Positions 29,201 through 37,057 of a stretch of 64,000 nucleotides of DNA are shown one piece after another; within the stretch, counting starts at the first letter, position 1; each line of letters begins with the position of its first letter. The DNA lies in assembly GCA_963826115.1 (NCBI GenBank), contig CAWGVS010000002.1, positions 128,001 to 192,000 of the forward strand, read 5' to 3'. The notes beneath the pieces are model-generated. The model did no database searches, was not told where the DNA came from, and saw only the letters and a program-made list of their open reading frames with translations. The stretch is from an uncultured Candidatus Rokubacteria bacterium. Its GTDB lineage: Bacteria > Methylomirabilota > Methylomirabilia > Rokubacteriales > DASRDR01. The position numbers and the translations under genes are program-made.

Positions 29201-30595
29201 GACGGGGTCGCGCCCGGCGGCGACGAGGAGGAGGCCCGGATCGCCGTGGTCCGGGGACACCTCGGGCACCTCGGGCCCACGACGGTGGCGGAGCTGGCGG
29301 CGCGGACCGGTCTCGCCGAGCGGGCCATCCCCGGCCCGCTCGCTCGCCTCGAGGCGGACGGCGTCGTGCTGCGGGGACGGTTCGACCCCGCGCGGTCCGG
29401 CGCCGAGGAGTTCTGCGAGCGGCGGCTTCTCGCACGGATCCACCGGTACACGACGGATCGCCTGCGGCGCGAGATCGAGCCCGTCACCGCCCAGGACCTC
29501 GTGCGCTTCCTCCTCCGGTGGCAACACGTCGCGCCGGACACGCAGCTCGAGGGCCGGCAGGGGCTCTTGACCGCGATCGAGCAGCTCCAGGGCTTCGAGA
29601 TCGCGGCCGGATCCTGGGAGACGTCGGTGCTGCCCGCGCGCGTCCGGGGTTATCGGCCCGAGTGGCTCGACGAGCTCTGCCTGTCGGGCCAGGTCGCGTG
29701 GGCGCGGCTGTCGGTCCGGAGCGCGACGCCGGGCGACGGGGCCGAGGCGCCAGGCCGCGGCGGCCTGACCCCGTCCCACGTGACGCCGGTCAGCTTCCTC
29801 GTGCGGGAGAACCTCCCGTGGCTCCTGCGCGCCGCGCGGGACGACGCGACGCCCGGCCTGCCCGGGCCGGGGCCGACCCACGACGTGCTGGAGTGCCTGC
29901 GGACGCGGGGCGCGCTCTTCTACCACGATCTCGTCCGGGCGACCGGACGGCTCAGCGTCGAGGTGACGGACGCGCTCTGGGACCTGGTCGCGCGGGGGCT
30001 CGTCACCGCCGACGGGTTCGGAAGCGTCCGCGCGCTCTTCAGCGCCCGCCAGCGATGGTCGCGCCGCGCCGCGCGGCCCGGTCCGGCCGAGCGGCTCCGG
30101 AAGAGCGGCGCGCGCGCGAGTGGCGGCGAGGGCCGGTGGGCCCTCGTGCCGGCGCCGCCGCCGCGAGCCGCGGTGGACGTGGAGACGCTGGCGGAAGCCG
30201 TCGCCGAGCAGCTCCTGGCCCGCTGGGGTGTCGTGTTCCGCGATCTCGTCGCGCGCGAGGCGCTCGCGGTGTCGTGGCGCGAGGTCCTGTGGGCGTTCCG
30301 GCGGCTCGAGGCGCGGGGCACGATCCGCGGCGGCCGCTTCGTCACGGGCTTCGTCGGCGAGCAGTACGCCCTGCCCGAGGCGGTCGAGGCGCTCCGCGAG
30401 ACGCGGCGCCGCGAGCGCGTCGGCGAGGTCGTCCGCGTGCCCGCGGTCGATCCGCTGAACCTGGTCGGCATCCTCACGCCGGGCCCGCGTGTCCCGGCCG
30501 TCCGCCGGAACGCGATCGTGTACCACGACGGCGCGCCAGTGCCGGCCGGCGGCGCCACGGCTCCCCGCCCCGCGGTCGGCGTCGGCCCCCGCTGA
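26300..30595 (+). CDS. lhr: Lhr-family SF2 helicase, long form with C-terminal winged-helix region
   Basis: APTGSGKT, YVSPLKAL, ITTPESL, DEIH, GLSAT, HHGSLS, SLELGID, QRIGRSGH and C-terminal RGGRFVTGFVGEQYALP. TACACT lies 7 nt before the ATG. Confidence 0.92.
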   Translation: MDALAGFHPAIRAWFARRFPAGPTDPQALGWPAIAAGEDTLIAAPTGSGKTLAAFLVGIDRLLRAATAEPGGEPVTEVVYVSPLKALAVDIRENLERPLAEIREVARELGLTLPDLRVVARTGDTSPSARAAMLRQPPHLLITTPESLYLLVTAARSRERLRGVRTVIVDEIHAVARDKRGSHLALTLERLDALAKSRPQRIGLSATQRPIETIARLLVGAGADRTAPGGAPACRVVDLGHRRDLDLAIELPDSELEAVASHEQWGEILDRIAMHVRAHRTTLVFVNTRRLAERVAHLLGERLGEGQVAAHHGSLSKDRRLQLETRLRAGELGALVATASLELGIDIGPVELVCQIGSPRSIATLLQRIGRSGHARGAVAKGRLYPTTRDELVEMTALLRAVRAGQLDRVLPPRAPLDVLAQQIVAACATDAWPETELFDRVRRAAPYADLARADFDAVVEMLSDGIQTGRGRRGAYLHRDRVHGVLRGRRSARLAAITSGGAIPETADYRVVADPDDTTVGTVNEDWAIESMQGDVFLLGSTSWRIRRVEAGVVRVVNAEGAPPTVPFWLGEAPARTAEASLAVSALREALDERLHAGDLAAAAAWLAPEAGIDARVATEVVRYLGAARGALGVLPTQRRVVFERFFDEAGGMQLVVHAPYGGRINRALGLALRKRFCRRFDFELQAAASDDAVVLSLGPGQSFPLPDVPQFLTPENAEEVLAQALLLSPMFQVRWRWNLGRALMVLRQRGGRRTPPPIQRMEADDLMAAVFPALAGCQENAGAGPIPIPDHPIVRQTMHDCLHEATDADGLVRLFEGFRSGAVEPVFRETTEPSPLAHEILNGRPYTFLDDAPLEERRTRAVALRRGLPEAARDLGQLDPEAIARVREEARPDCRDAEELHDLLLELVVLRPEPAYDAWFRALADAGRAARVRTAAGPLWLAAEQRPRVAALFPGVPIEPDVRVPDGVAPGGDEEEARIAVVRGHLGHLGPTTVAELAARTGLAERAIPGPLARLEADGVVLRGRFDPARSGAEEFCERRLLARIHRYTTDRLRREIEPVTAQDLVRFLLRWQHVAPDTQLEGRQGLLTAIEQLQGFEIAAGSWETSVLPARVRGYRPEWLDELCLSGQVAWARLSVRSATPGDGAEAPGRGGLTPSHVTPVSFLVRENLPWLLRAARDDATPGLPGPGPTHDVLECLRTRGALFYHDLVRATGRLSVEVTDALWDLVARGLVTADGFGSVRALFSARQRWSRRAARPGPAERLRKSGARASGGEGRWALVPAPPPRAAVDVETLAEAVAEQLLARWGVVFRDLVAREALAVSWREVLWAFRRLEARGTIRGGRFVTGFVGEQYALPEAVEALRETRRRERVGEVVRVPAVDPLNLVGILTPGPRVPAVRRNAIVYHDGAPVPAGGATAPRPAVGVGPR

Positions 30596-30718
30596 CCCGC
30601 GCGGGCGCGCGCGGGACCGGCGCCATTTCCCCCACTCCTGCCGGTGCTCCCCCCGCTCGACGAGAGCCCCAGTTGGGTGATGAGGATGTAACTAGCTAAT
30701 TCAAATGTCTTTCTTCGC

Positions 30719-30733
30719 TGGTCTCTCGATTGC
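30719..30733 (+). promoter_or_regulatory. Possible sigma-54 promoter preceded by an AT-rich patch
   Basis: TGGTCTCTCGATTGC has GG-N10-GC spacing; AT-rich 30687-30715 lies just upstream. Confidence 0.35.
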
Positions 30734-30780
30734 GCCTCCGTCCGGGCACACGCGGCACATGCCGACGGAGGAGGCGAGCG

Positions 30781-31239
30781 ATGCTTCAGGAGCGGGCGCG
30801 TCAACGAGGCTGGTGGCAGCCCATCCCCGCGGTTCTGACGGGGTGCTATCTGCTCGTGGCCGCGGGTTGCGGCTACGAAACCTCGCTCACCGGGCCGGAC
30901 GACCACAACCACATCGACGTCGACCCCTCCCTCTTCGAGCCCGGCGATCCGAATCGGGTGCGCGTGCGGTCGGCGCGGCTCCGCCGCACGCCCGGGGGGT
31001 GCGAGGTCGACGTCACCTTCACGAACGTTTCGGACCAGTCGCTCAGCGCGGGCTTTCGGTACGACATTCTCGATGCGGCGGGAGGCCGGGTCGCGCGGCG
31101 CGACACCGCGGTGCAGCTCGCCGCGCCCGGAACGACGCAGACGGTCTCGAGCGAGGGCACGACGGCCGGGCCGAGCGGCGTTCCCTGCCCGCGCGGCGGC
31201 CGGGCGAATCTCGTCGAGACCTCCGTGTTCAACTTCTGA
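30781..31239 (+). CDS. Hypothetical lipoprotein (beta-sandwich-like)
   Basis: GGAGG RBS, lipobox-like LLVAAGC and two further Cys. Confidence 0.6.
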   Translation: MLQERARQRGWWQPIPAVLTGCYLLVAAGCGYETSLTGPDDHNHIDVDPSLFEPGDPNRVRVRSARLRRTPGGCEVDVTFTNVSDQSLSAGFRYDILDAAGGRVARRDTAVQLAAPGTTQTVSSEGTTAGPSGVPCPRGGRANLVETSVFNF

Positions 31240-31368
31240 CGGGCGGCGGTCTGGTCGTCCCCCGACCGCGCGGCTACACTCGTCGTCGACGGCGAGACCG
31301 TCGATCCGACGCTCCCGCGCGCGCCGCCGGAGGCGTCTCCTCAGGGCGCGCGTGACGAAGGAGGGCCC

Positions 31369-31617
31369 GTGCTCCAGCTCCGCCCCGGCTGCGAATGCTG
31401 CGATCGAGACCTGCCCCCGGCGTCGCCGGACGCGACGATCTGCTCGTTCGAGTGCACCTTCTGCCGGACGTGCGCCGACGGGCACCTCGGGGGCCGCTGC
31501 CCGAACTGCGGCGGCGAGCTCGTGCGGCGCCCGGTCCGCCCGGCCGACCGGCTCGAGCGCCACCCCGCGTCGACCGAGCGCGTGTTCAAGCCCGGCCGCT
31601 GCCGCCGCGTGGCGTAG
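31369..31617 (+). CDS. DUF1272 family Cys-rich small protein
   Basis: LRPGCECCDRDLP...ICSFECTFC-x2-C...CPNCGGELVRRP. Confidence 0.9.
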   Translation: MLQLRPGCECCDRDLPPASPDATICSFECTFCRTCADGHLGGRCPNCGGELVRRPVRPADRLERHPASTERVFKPGRCRRVA

Positions 31618-31634
31618 CCGGCGAGGAGGCCCGC

Positions 31635-32579
31635 ATGACTGGCGACGTCAAGGTGATCAGCGGCACCGCCCATCCCGGGCTGGCCCAGGACGTGTGCCGG
31701 CACCTGGGCATCCCCGTGTGCCGCTCGACCGTGATCCGCTTCTCGAACGAGAACATGCTCGTCCAGATCGAGGAGAACGTCCGCGAGGCCGACGTGTTCG
31801 TCATACAGCCCTCGTGCCCGCCCGTCTCGGACGGCATCATGGAGCTCCTGATCACGATCGACGCGCTCCGACACGCCTCGGCCGGGCGGATCACCGCCGT
31901 CCTGCCCTACTTCCCGTACGCGCGCTCCGACAAGAAGGACCGGCCCCGGATCTCGATCACCGCGCGGCTCATGGCGGATCTCCTGCAGACCGCGGGGGCC
32001 AACCGGGTGCTGACGATGGACCTCCACTCGCCGCAGATGCAGGGGTTCTTCCGCATCCCGGCCGACCAGCTGCAGGCGGCGCCCATCCTCTGCGACTACC
32101 TCCGCCAGAGCCGCGACCTGTCGAACTACGTCCTGGTCGCCGGCGACGTGGGCGAGTCCAAGGAGGTGGAGCACTACGCGACCCGGTTGGACCTCCCCAT
32201 CGCCATCGTCGACAAGCGCCGGGACGGGGACGACGAGCGGGCGCGGGCCACCGACCTGATCGGCGACGTGCAGGGCAAGGTGGCCCTGATCGTGGACGAC
32301 GAGGTGGCGAGCGGGGGGACCTTGCTGGAGGCCGCCCGGGTGGTGCTGGAGCGCGGCGCGACGGCCGTGGAGGCGTGCGTCGTGCACCCGGTCCTGTCCG
32401 GGCGCGCCGTCGAGCGCCTGGCGGCCTCGCCGATCCGGCAGCTCGTCGTGACCGACACGATCCCGCTGCCGCCGCAGAAGCGCGTCGAGCGGATCCACGT
32501 GCGGTCGGTGGCGGGGCTGTTCGCGGAGGCCATTCAGGCCATCCACGACGGCTCGAGCGTGTCCCGCCTCTTCCGGTAG
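31635..32579 (+). CDS. prs: Ribose-phosphate pyrophosphokinase
   Basis: FSNEN-x2-VQIEENVR, MELLI, VLPYFPYARSD, MDLHSPQMQGFF, DKRR, IGDV, VDDE-x2-SGGT and VVTDTIP. Confidence 0.9.
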   Translation: MTGDVKVISGTAHPGLAQDVCRHLGIPVCRSTVIRFSNENMLVQIEENVREADVFVIQPSCPPVSDGIMELLITIDALRHASAGRITAVLPYFPYARSDKKDRPRISITARLMADLLQTAGANRVLTMDLHSPQMQGFFRIPADQLQAAPILCDYLRQSRDLSNYVLVAGDVGESKEVEHYATRLDLPIAIVDKRRDGDDERARATDLIGDVQGKVALIVDDEVASGGTLLEAARVVLERGATAVEACVVHPVLSGRAVERLAASPIRQLVVTDTIPLPPQKRVERIHVRSVAGLFAEAIQAIHDGSSVSRLFR

Positions 32580-32620
32580 TCCGCGGCCGGCGCGCGGCGC
32601 CGGGCGCGTGGCCGGGTCGC

Positions 32621-33178
32621 CTACTTCGGGGCGGCGAGGAGGGCCTGAAAGAGGGCCCGGCCGTCGGGGCCGGTCCAGGGGCGCGGGCCAACGGCCCGCC
32701 CCACGATGGTCCCGTCCCGCGCGATCACGAAGGCGGTCGGCGTCGCGCGGATGCCGTAGGCGTCGCTGACCTCACCGTCCGCGTCCAGCACGACCCGTGC
32801 GACGTAGCCTCGCTCGGCGACCGCCCGCGCCACCTTGCCGCGCTCCTCGCGGATGTTCATGAGGAGCACGGTCACGCCCTTCGTCTCCCACTCCCGGTGC
32901 ACCTGGTTGATCGAGGGCAACTCCCTCGTGCAGTAGGGTCACCAGGTCGCCCAGAAGTACAGCAGGACGACGCGGCCCCGGAGGTCGGCGAGGCGTACCG
33001 GCTTGCCGTCGAGCGTGGCGCGGTCGAACCCCGGCGCCTCGGCGCGCGCGGCGGGGCGTCCGAGTCGGAGCGCCTCCAGCAGCGGGGCCGGGACGCTGGG
33101 CCAGGCGAGGTCGAGGAACAGGAGCGGAGCGATCAGGGCGACCGCCGCGACCCACCGGGCGCCGGGCCATCTGCGCAT
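32621..33178 (-). CDS. TlpA/ResA-like thioredoxin-fold selenoprotein (UPYC active site)
   Basis: ORFs 32939..33190 and 32621..32920 are in frame across TGA 32941-32939, giving LLYFWATW-U-PYCTRELP. cis-Pro motif YGIRATPT and N-terminal anchor present. TATGAT lies 7 nt before ATG 33178. Confidence 0.9.
32898..32938 (-). promoter_or_regulatory. Bacterial SECIS-like hairpin
   Basis: CGAGGG-AGTTG-CCCTCG apical stem-loop starting 11 nt after the UGA, with possible lower TGCA/TGCA pairing. Confidence 0.65.
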
Positions 33179-33215
33179 GGGCCCCATCATACATGGCGGT
33201 CGGCGCGACCCGGAC

Positions 33216-34637
33216 TCAGGCGGGGACGCCGAGGATCTCCGCCCAGCGCGCCGGGGCGAGGGCCAGCGCTCCCTCGACGATCCGGGGATCGAACTGCTTG
33301 CCGGCCCCTTCGCGGAGCGCCTCCAGCGCTTCGCGGAGCGGGCGGGCCTTCCGGTAGGGCCGATCGTGGGTCATCGCGTCGAGGGCGTCCGCCACCGCGA
33401 CGATGCGCGCGGTGAGCGGGATCGCGTCCTCGCGGAGCCCGTCCGGGTAGCCGCCGCCGTCCCACCGCTCGTGGTGACCGCCGACGACGTCGAGCGCCGG
33501 CGTCAGCAGCGGCACCGTCTCCAGGATCTCGACGCCTTGCATGGGATGCGCCTCGACCACCCGCCGCTCTTCGGGCGTGAGGGCACCCGGCTTCGACAGG
33601 ATCGCCTCCGGCGTCCGGATCTCGCCCACGTCGTGGAGAAGCGCCCCCAGCTCGAGGGCCTCGCGCTGGGCGGGCGAGAGCGCGAGGCCGTCGCCGATGG
33701 CAAGCGCCGCGGCCGCGACCCGCCCGAGGGCGCCGGCCTCTCCGCCGCGCGCCTCGAGAGCACGCACCAGGACGTCCACTAGGCTGCGCTGGGAGACGCC
33801 CAGGCGCTCCACCATCAGGTGGAACACGTTGCCGAGCATGCCGATCTCGTCCCGCGCCCGCACGCGGGCCCGCGCGGTGAGGTCGCCCTCCACGACGCGC
33901 CGGGCGAGAGCCGCCAGCTGGCCGACGGGCCCGGTGACCCGTCGCGCGACGAGGACGCCGGCGACGGCCGCCAGCGCGCCGCCCGCGAGGAGATGCCCGA
34001 CGAGCCGGCGACGGGCGGCCGCGAGGGCCATCACGTAGACGTCGGCCTTGTAGTCCACCTCGAGGACGGCGAGGGTCTGCCCGTCAGCGCCCTTCACCGG
34101 CGCGAAGGCCGTGAGCCACGTCCCGCCCTCGGTCCGGTAGATCGGTGTCGTGCTCGGTACGCCCTCGCCGAACGTCCGCTCGAAGGCGGGGACGAGCTCG
34201 GGCACCAGCGCGTACGGCTCGCCCGGGGCGGCGGGCCCTTGGCCCATGACCACGATCCGCGCCCGCCGCGCGGCCGGCTCGTAGTCGCTCAGCGTCCGCA
34301 CCGGCGTCGCGAGCTCGTTCGCGTCCTGGATCGCCGCGAGCGACCGACGCAGGTAGCGATAGGCCTCCGAATCCGCCGTCCGCGTGAGCTGCACCTCGAG
34401 GTGGAGCGCCGGGTCGATCAGCAGCGTGCCGGTCCGCGCGATGTTCAGAAGCAGCGCCCCCAGGGACTGTCGGATCCCGTCGGCCTCGGCGCGGTACTGG
34501 AGGCCGCCGCTCAGCAGGATGCCGGCCGCGGTCACGGCGACGAAGGCGGCCCCCAGGCGCCACGCGAGCCGACGCCACACGGGCAGCCGGCGGCCGCGCG
34601 GCGCGAGATTGGGAGCAGCGGCCGGATAGTCCGTCAT
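33216..34637 (-). CDS. Membrane-bound HAMP + HD-GYP domain protein
   Basis: Two TM segments flanking a sensor domain, HAMP (RDEIGML), LLHDVGE, HHERWDGGGYP, VADALDAM and GKQFDP. Confidence 0.88.
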   Translation of the reverse strand: MTDYPAAAPNLAPRGRRLPVWRRLAWRLGAAFVAVTAAGILLSGGLQYRAEADGIRQSLGALLLNIARTGTLLIDPALHLEVQLTRTADSEAYRYLRRSLAAIQDANELATPVRTLSDYEPAARRARIVVMGQGPAAPGEPYALVPELVPAFERTFGEGVPSTTPIYRTEGGTWLTAFAPVKGADGQTLAVLEVDYKADVYVMALAAARRRLVGHLLAGGALAAVAGVLVARRVTGPVGQLAALARRVVEGDLTARARVRARDEIGMLGNVFHLMVERLGVSQRSLVDVLVRALEARGGEAGALGRVAAAALAIGDGLALSPAQREALELGALLHDVGEIRTPEAILSKPGALTPEERRVVEAHPMQGVEILETVPLLTPALDVVGGHHERWDGGGYPDGLREDAIPLTARIVAVADALDAMTHDRPYRKARPLREALEALREGAGKQFDPRIVEGALALAPARWAEILGVPA

Positions 34638-34638
34638 G

Positions 34639-36018
34639 TCAGGCCCCCCGCTTCTCGTCGACGGTCAGCTCGGAGACGTCGCGCTCGAAGAACAGCTCCA
34701 CCGTCCAGTCGAGCACCACGCGGACGCGCGTGGCGAGGGTGGGGAGCTTCAGCATGTAGATCGTCTTCCACAGGAACCACGCCGGGAACCCGACGAGGCG
34801 GAGCCCCATGAGGTCCGCGACGGCGGTGCGGCGCGAGAGCGGCACCATCTCGCCCAGGAGCTTGAAGCGGAACGGCCGCCGGTCGCGGCCGGTGAGGACA
34901 GCCTCGAGCTGCGCGCCCAGGGTCCGCCCCTGGCGGATCGCCACCTGCGCCGTCGCGACGTACGGCTGGCCCGTGTGGGCGTCCGCCTGGGCGGCGTTGT
35001 CCCCGAGGGCGTAGACACCCGGCCGGCCGACGACCTCGAAGTACTCGTCGACGAGGAGGCGGCCGTCCTTGCCGCGGGGGGCGTCGAGGGCCGCGACGAC
35101 CGGGCTCACCCGGTTCCCCGCGGTCCAGATGACGCAGCGGCTCGGGACGAATCGGCCGTCGGCCAGGTGGAGCCCGTCGGGCGTCACCCGCGCGGCGCGG
35201 GCGGTCTCGATCTCGATGCCGCGCCCCTCGAGCTGCGCCCGGGCCCACGCCGCGAGGTGCGGGGCCGTCTGCGGCAGGATGCCGCTTCCCACGAGGACGA
35301 GCCGTACGGTGTCGCCCGGGACCGTGGGGTAGTGGCGCAAGAGGATCCCCCGGGCCAGCTCCTCGACGGCCGCCATCAGCTCGGTTCCCGCGTGCCCGGC
35401 CCCGACGACGACGAAGGTCAGGAGCTGGCGCCGGACCCACGGATCGTCCGTGAGGGCGGCCGCCTCGAAGAGGTCGATCACGCGGTTCCGGATCTGGATC
35501 GCGTCCCCGGCCCCCTTGAAGGTGAGGGCGTGCTCGGCCGCGCCGGGCGCGATCGCGGTGTTCGGGGCCGCGCCGAGCGCGATCACGAGCCGGTCGTAGT
35601 GAAGCTCCTGGCGAACGGCCGAGCGCTGGTGGCGCACGACGACCCGGCGCCGGTCGAGGTCGATCCCCTCCACCGTCATCTCGGCGAACTCGATGCCAGC
35701 CGCCGTGCAGAGGGGCCGGATCGGATGGAGGACGTGGCGCGTGTCCACCGCGCCCGTCGCCGCCTCCGCGAGCATCGGCGTGAAGAGGAAGTAGTTCCGG
35801 TCGCTGACGAGCGTCACCCGCACGGGGAGGAGACCCGCGCAGCGCCGCGCGAGCTCGAGCGCGGTCGTCAGCCCGCCGAAGCCGCCGCCCAGGACCACGA
35901 TCCGCGGCGCCAGCGACGTGGAGCGGGCCGCGAGGACGCGGCCGCCGGTCGGCGCACGGCGCGGCGCGGCCGGGGCGCCGCGGGGAGTCTCGGGCACGAC
36001 CGCGAGCTCGGCGCTCAT
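34639..36018 (-). CDS. NDH-2-like NAD(P)/FAD-dependent oxidoreductase
   Basis: VVLGGGFGG, LFTPML, YDRLVIALGA, VVVGAG, IWTAG, YALGD, AQVA-x2-QG and GFPAWFLW. Confidence 0.88.
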   Translation of the reverse strand: MSAELAVVPETPRGAPAAPRRAPTGGRVLAARSTSLAPRIVVLGGGFGGLTTALELARRCAGLLPVRVTLVSDRNYFLFTPMLAEAATGAVDTRHVLHPIRPLCTAAGIEFAEMTVEGIDLDRRRVVVRHQRSAVRQELHYDRLVIALGAAPNTAIAPGAAEHALTFKGAGDAIQIRNRVIDLFEAAALTDDPWVRRQLLTFVVVGAGHAGTELMAAVEELARGILLRHYPTVPGDTVRLVLVGSGILPQTAPHLAAWARAQLEGRGIEIETARAARVTPDGLHLADGRFVPSRCVIWTAGNRVSPVVAALDAPRGKDGRLLVDEYFEVVGRPGVYALGDNAAQADAHTGQPYVATAQVAIRQGRTLGAQLEAVLTGRDRRPFRFKLLGEMVPLSRRTAVADLMGLRLVGFPAWFLWKTIYMLKLPTLATRVRVVLDWTVELFFERDVSELTVDEKRGA

Positions 36019-37049
36019 CGCTCGACGATCTGGAAGGCGTGGCCGTCGGGATCTCGGACGAGGAACCCCTTCGTGAACCCGATCGTGGGATCCGGCCGCG
36101 CGACGCCGGGCGACGCCATCCGGCACGCGCCGCCCCCGAGCGCGCGGGCGGCCGCCTCGGCGTCCCGCGACTCCAGCACCGTCTGCCAGTGCGCGAGGTC
36201 GCTCGGGCGTGCGTCGGCCGGGATGGGCCGGCCGTCGCGCGGCGCGAGGTACTCGAGGAACTCGATGCCGGGGCCCGCCGCCGCGCGGAGCGTGGTGATC
36301 CGGAGCCGCGCGCCGAAGACGTTGTTGAGCCGCTCCTGCTCGGGCCCCCAGTTCTCGCCGGTCCCCGCCACCTGGAGCCCGAGCGCGTCGCGGTAGCACC
36401 GGAGGCTCGCCTCGGTGTCGGCGACCACGATGGCCGTGTGGTCGATCCCGAGGAACAGCCGCCCGCCCGCGTCCTGCCACCGCGGGTCGCCCTTGCCCGG
36501 CGGGAACTGCAGGACCTCCAGCGGATGGCCGTCCGGATCCCGGAAGTAGAAGGCGCGGATGCCGCCCGCGCTCGGGTTCCAGTTCGGCAGCCGCTGCGGG
36601 CCGGGCGACGCGTGCTCGACGCGGTTTCGCCGGAGCCAGGCGTACGCGCGGTCCATGTCGCTCACGATCAGGGCGACGTGCTGGAACCAGCGGTCCTGGC
36701 TCCGCGAGTCGACCGGGATCGGCCGGCCACGCGGCGCGAGGTACTCCGTGAGCTCGAGTGTCTCGTCGCCGAGCCGGAGACGGGCGACGCGCAGCCGGAG
36801 ACCGAACAGCCCCTGGAGGCGCTCCGCCTCGTCGCCGGCCGCTTCCGTCTCGCCGGCCATCTCGAAGCCGAGCACCCGCGTGTAGAAAGCGACCGCGCGG
36901 TCGAGGTCGGACACCGTCAGGCCGACCGCCGCCACTGCCTGGACCACCGGCGGCCGCGCGTCCGCCGGGGCCGCGGGCCGGGTCGCCCCGATCGCCAGCG
37001 CGATCCCGGCCAGGATGCCGACGAGCCGCCGGAGCTCGCGTCGGGCCAT
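36015..37049 (-). CDS. Exported VOC/glyoxalase-family protein (tandem domains)
   Basis: Signal peptide, VSDLDRAVAFY, FQHVAL, FRDPDGHPLE, GIDHTAI and VRDPDGH. Confidence 0.88.
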   Translation of the reverse strand: MARRELRRLVGILAGIALAIGATRPAAPADARPPVVQAVAAVGLTVSDLDRAVAFYTRVLGFEMAGETEAAGDEAERLQGLFGLRLRVARLRLGDETLELTEYLAPRGRPIPVDSRSQDRWFQHVALIVSDMDRAYAWLRRNRVEHASPGPQRLPNWNPSAGGIRAFYFRDPDGHPLEVLQFPPGKGDPRWQDAGGRLFLGIDHTAIVVADTEASLRCYRDALGLQVAGTGENWGPEQERLNNVFGARLRITTLRAAAGPGIEFLEYLAPRDGRPIPADARPSDLAHWQTVLESRDAEAAARALGGGACRMASPGVARPDPTIGFTKGFLVRDPDGHAFQIVER

Positions 37050-37057
37050 GGCCCCGC

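Noticed and set aside
26222-30526. Very long antisense ORFs (1434 aa here; also 1802..4681, 21433..24273, 39742..43146, 43261..46341, 54927..57962)
   Set aside because: They are shadow frames of real genes in very high-GC DNA: Arg/Ala/Pro/Gly-rich, without motifs, and opposite well-supported CDSs.
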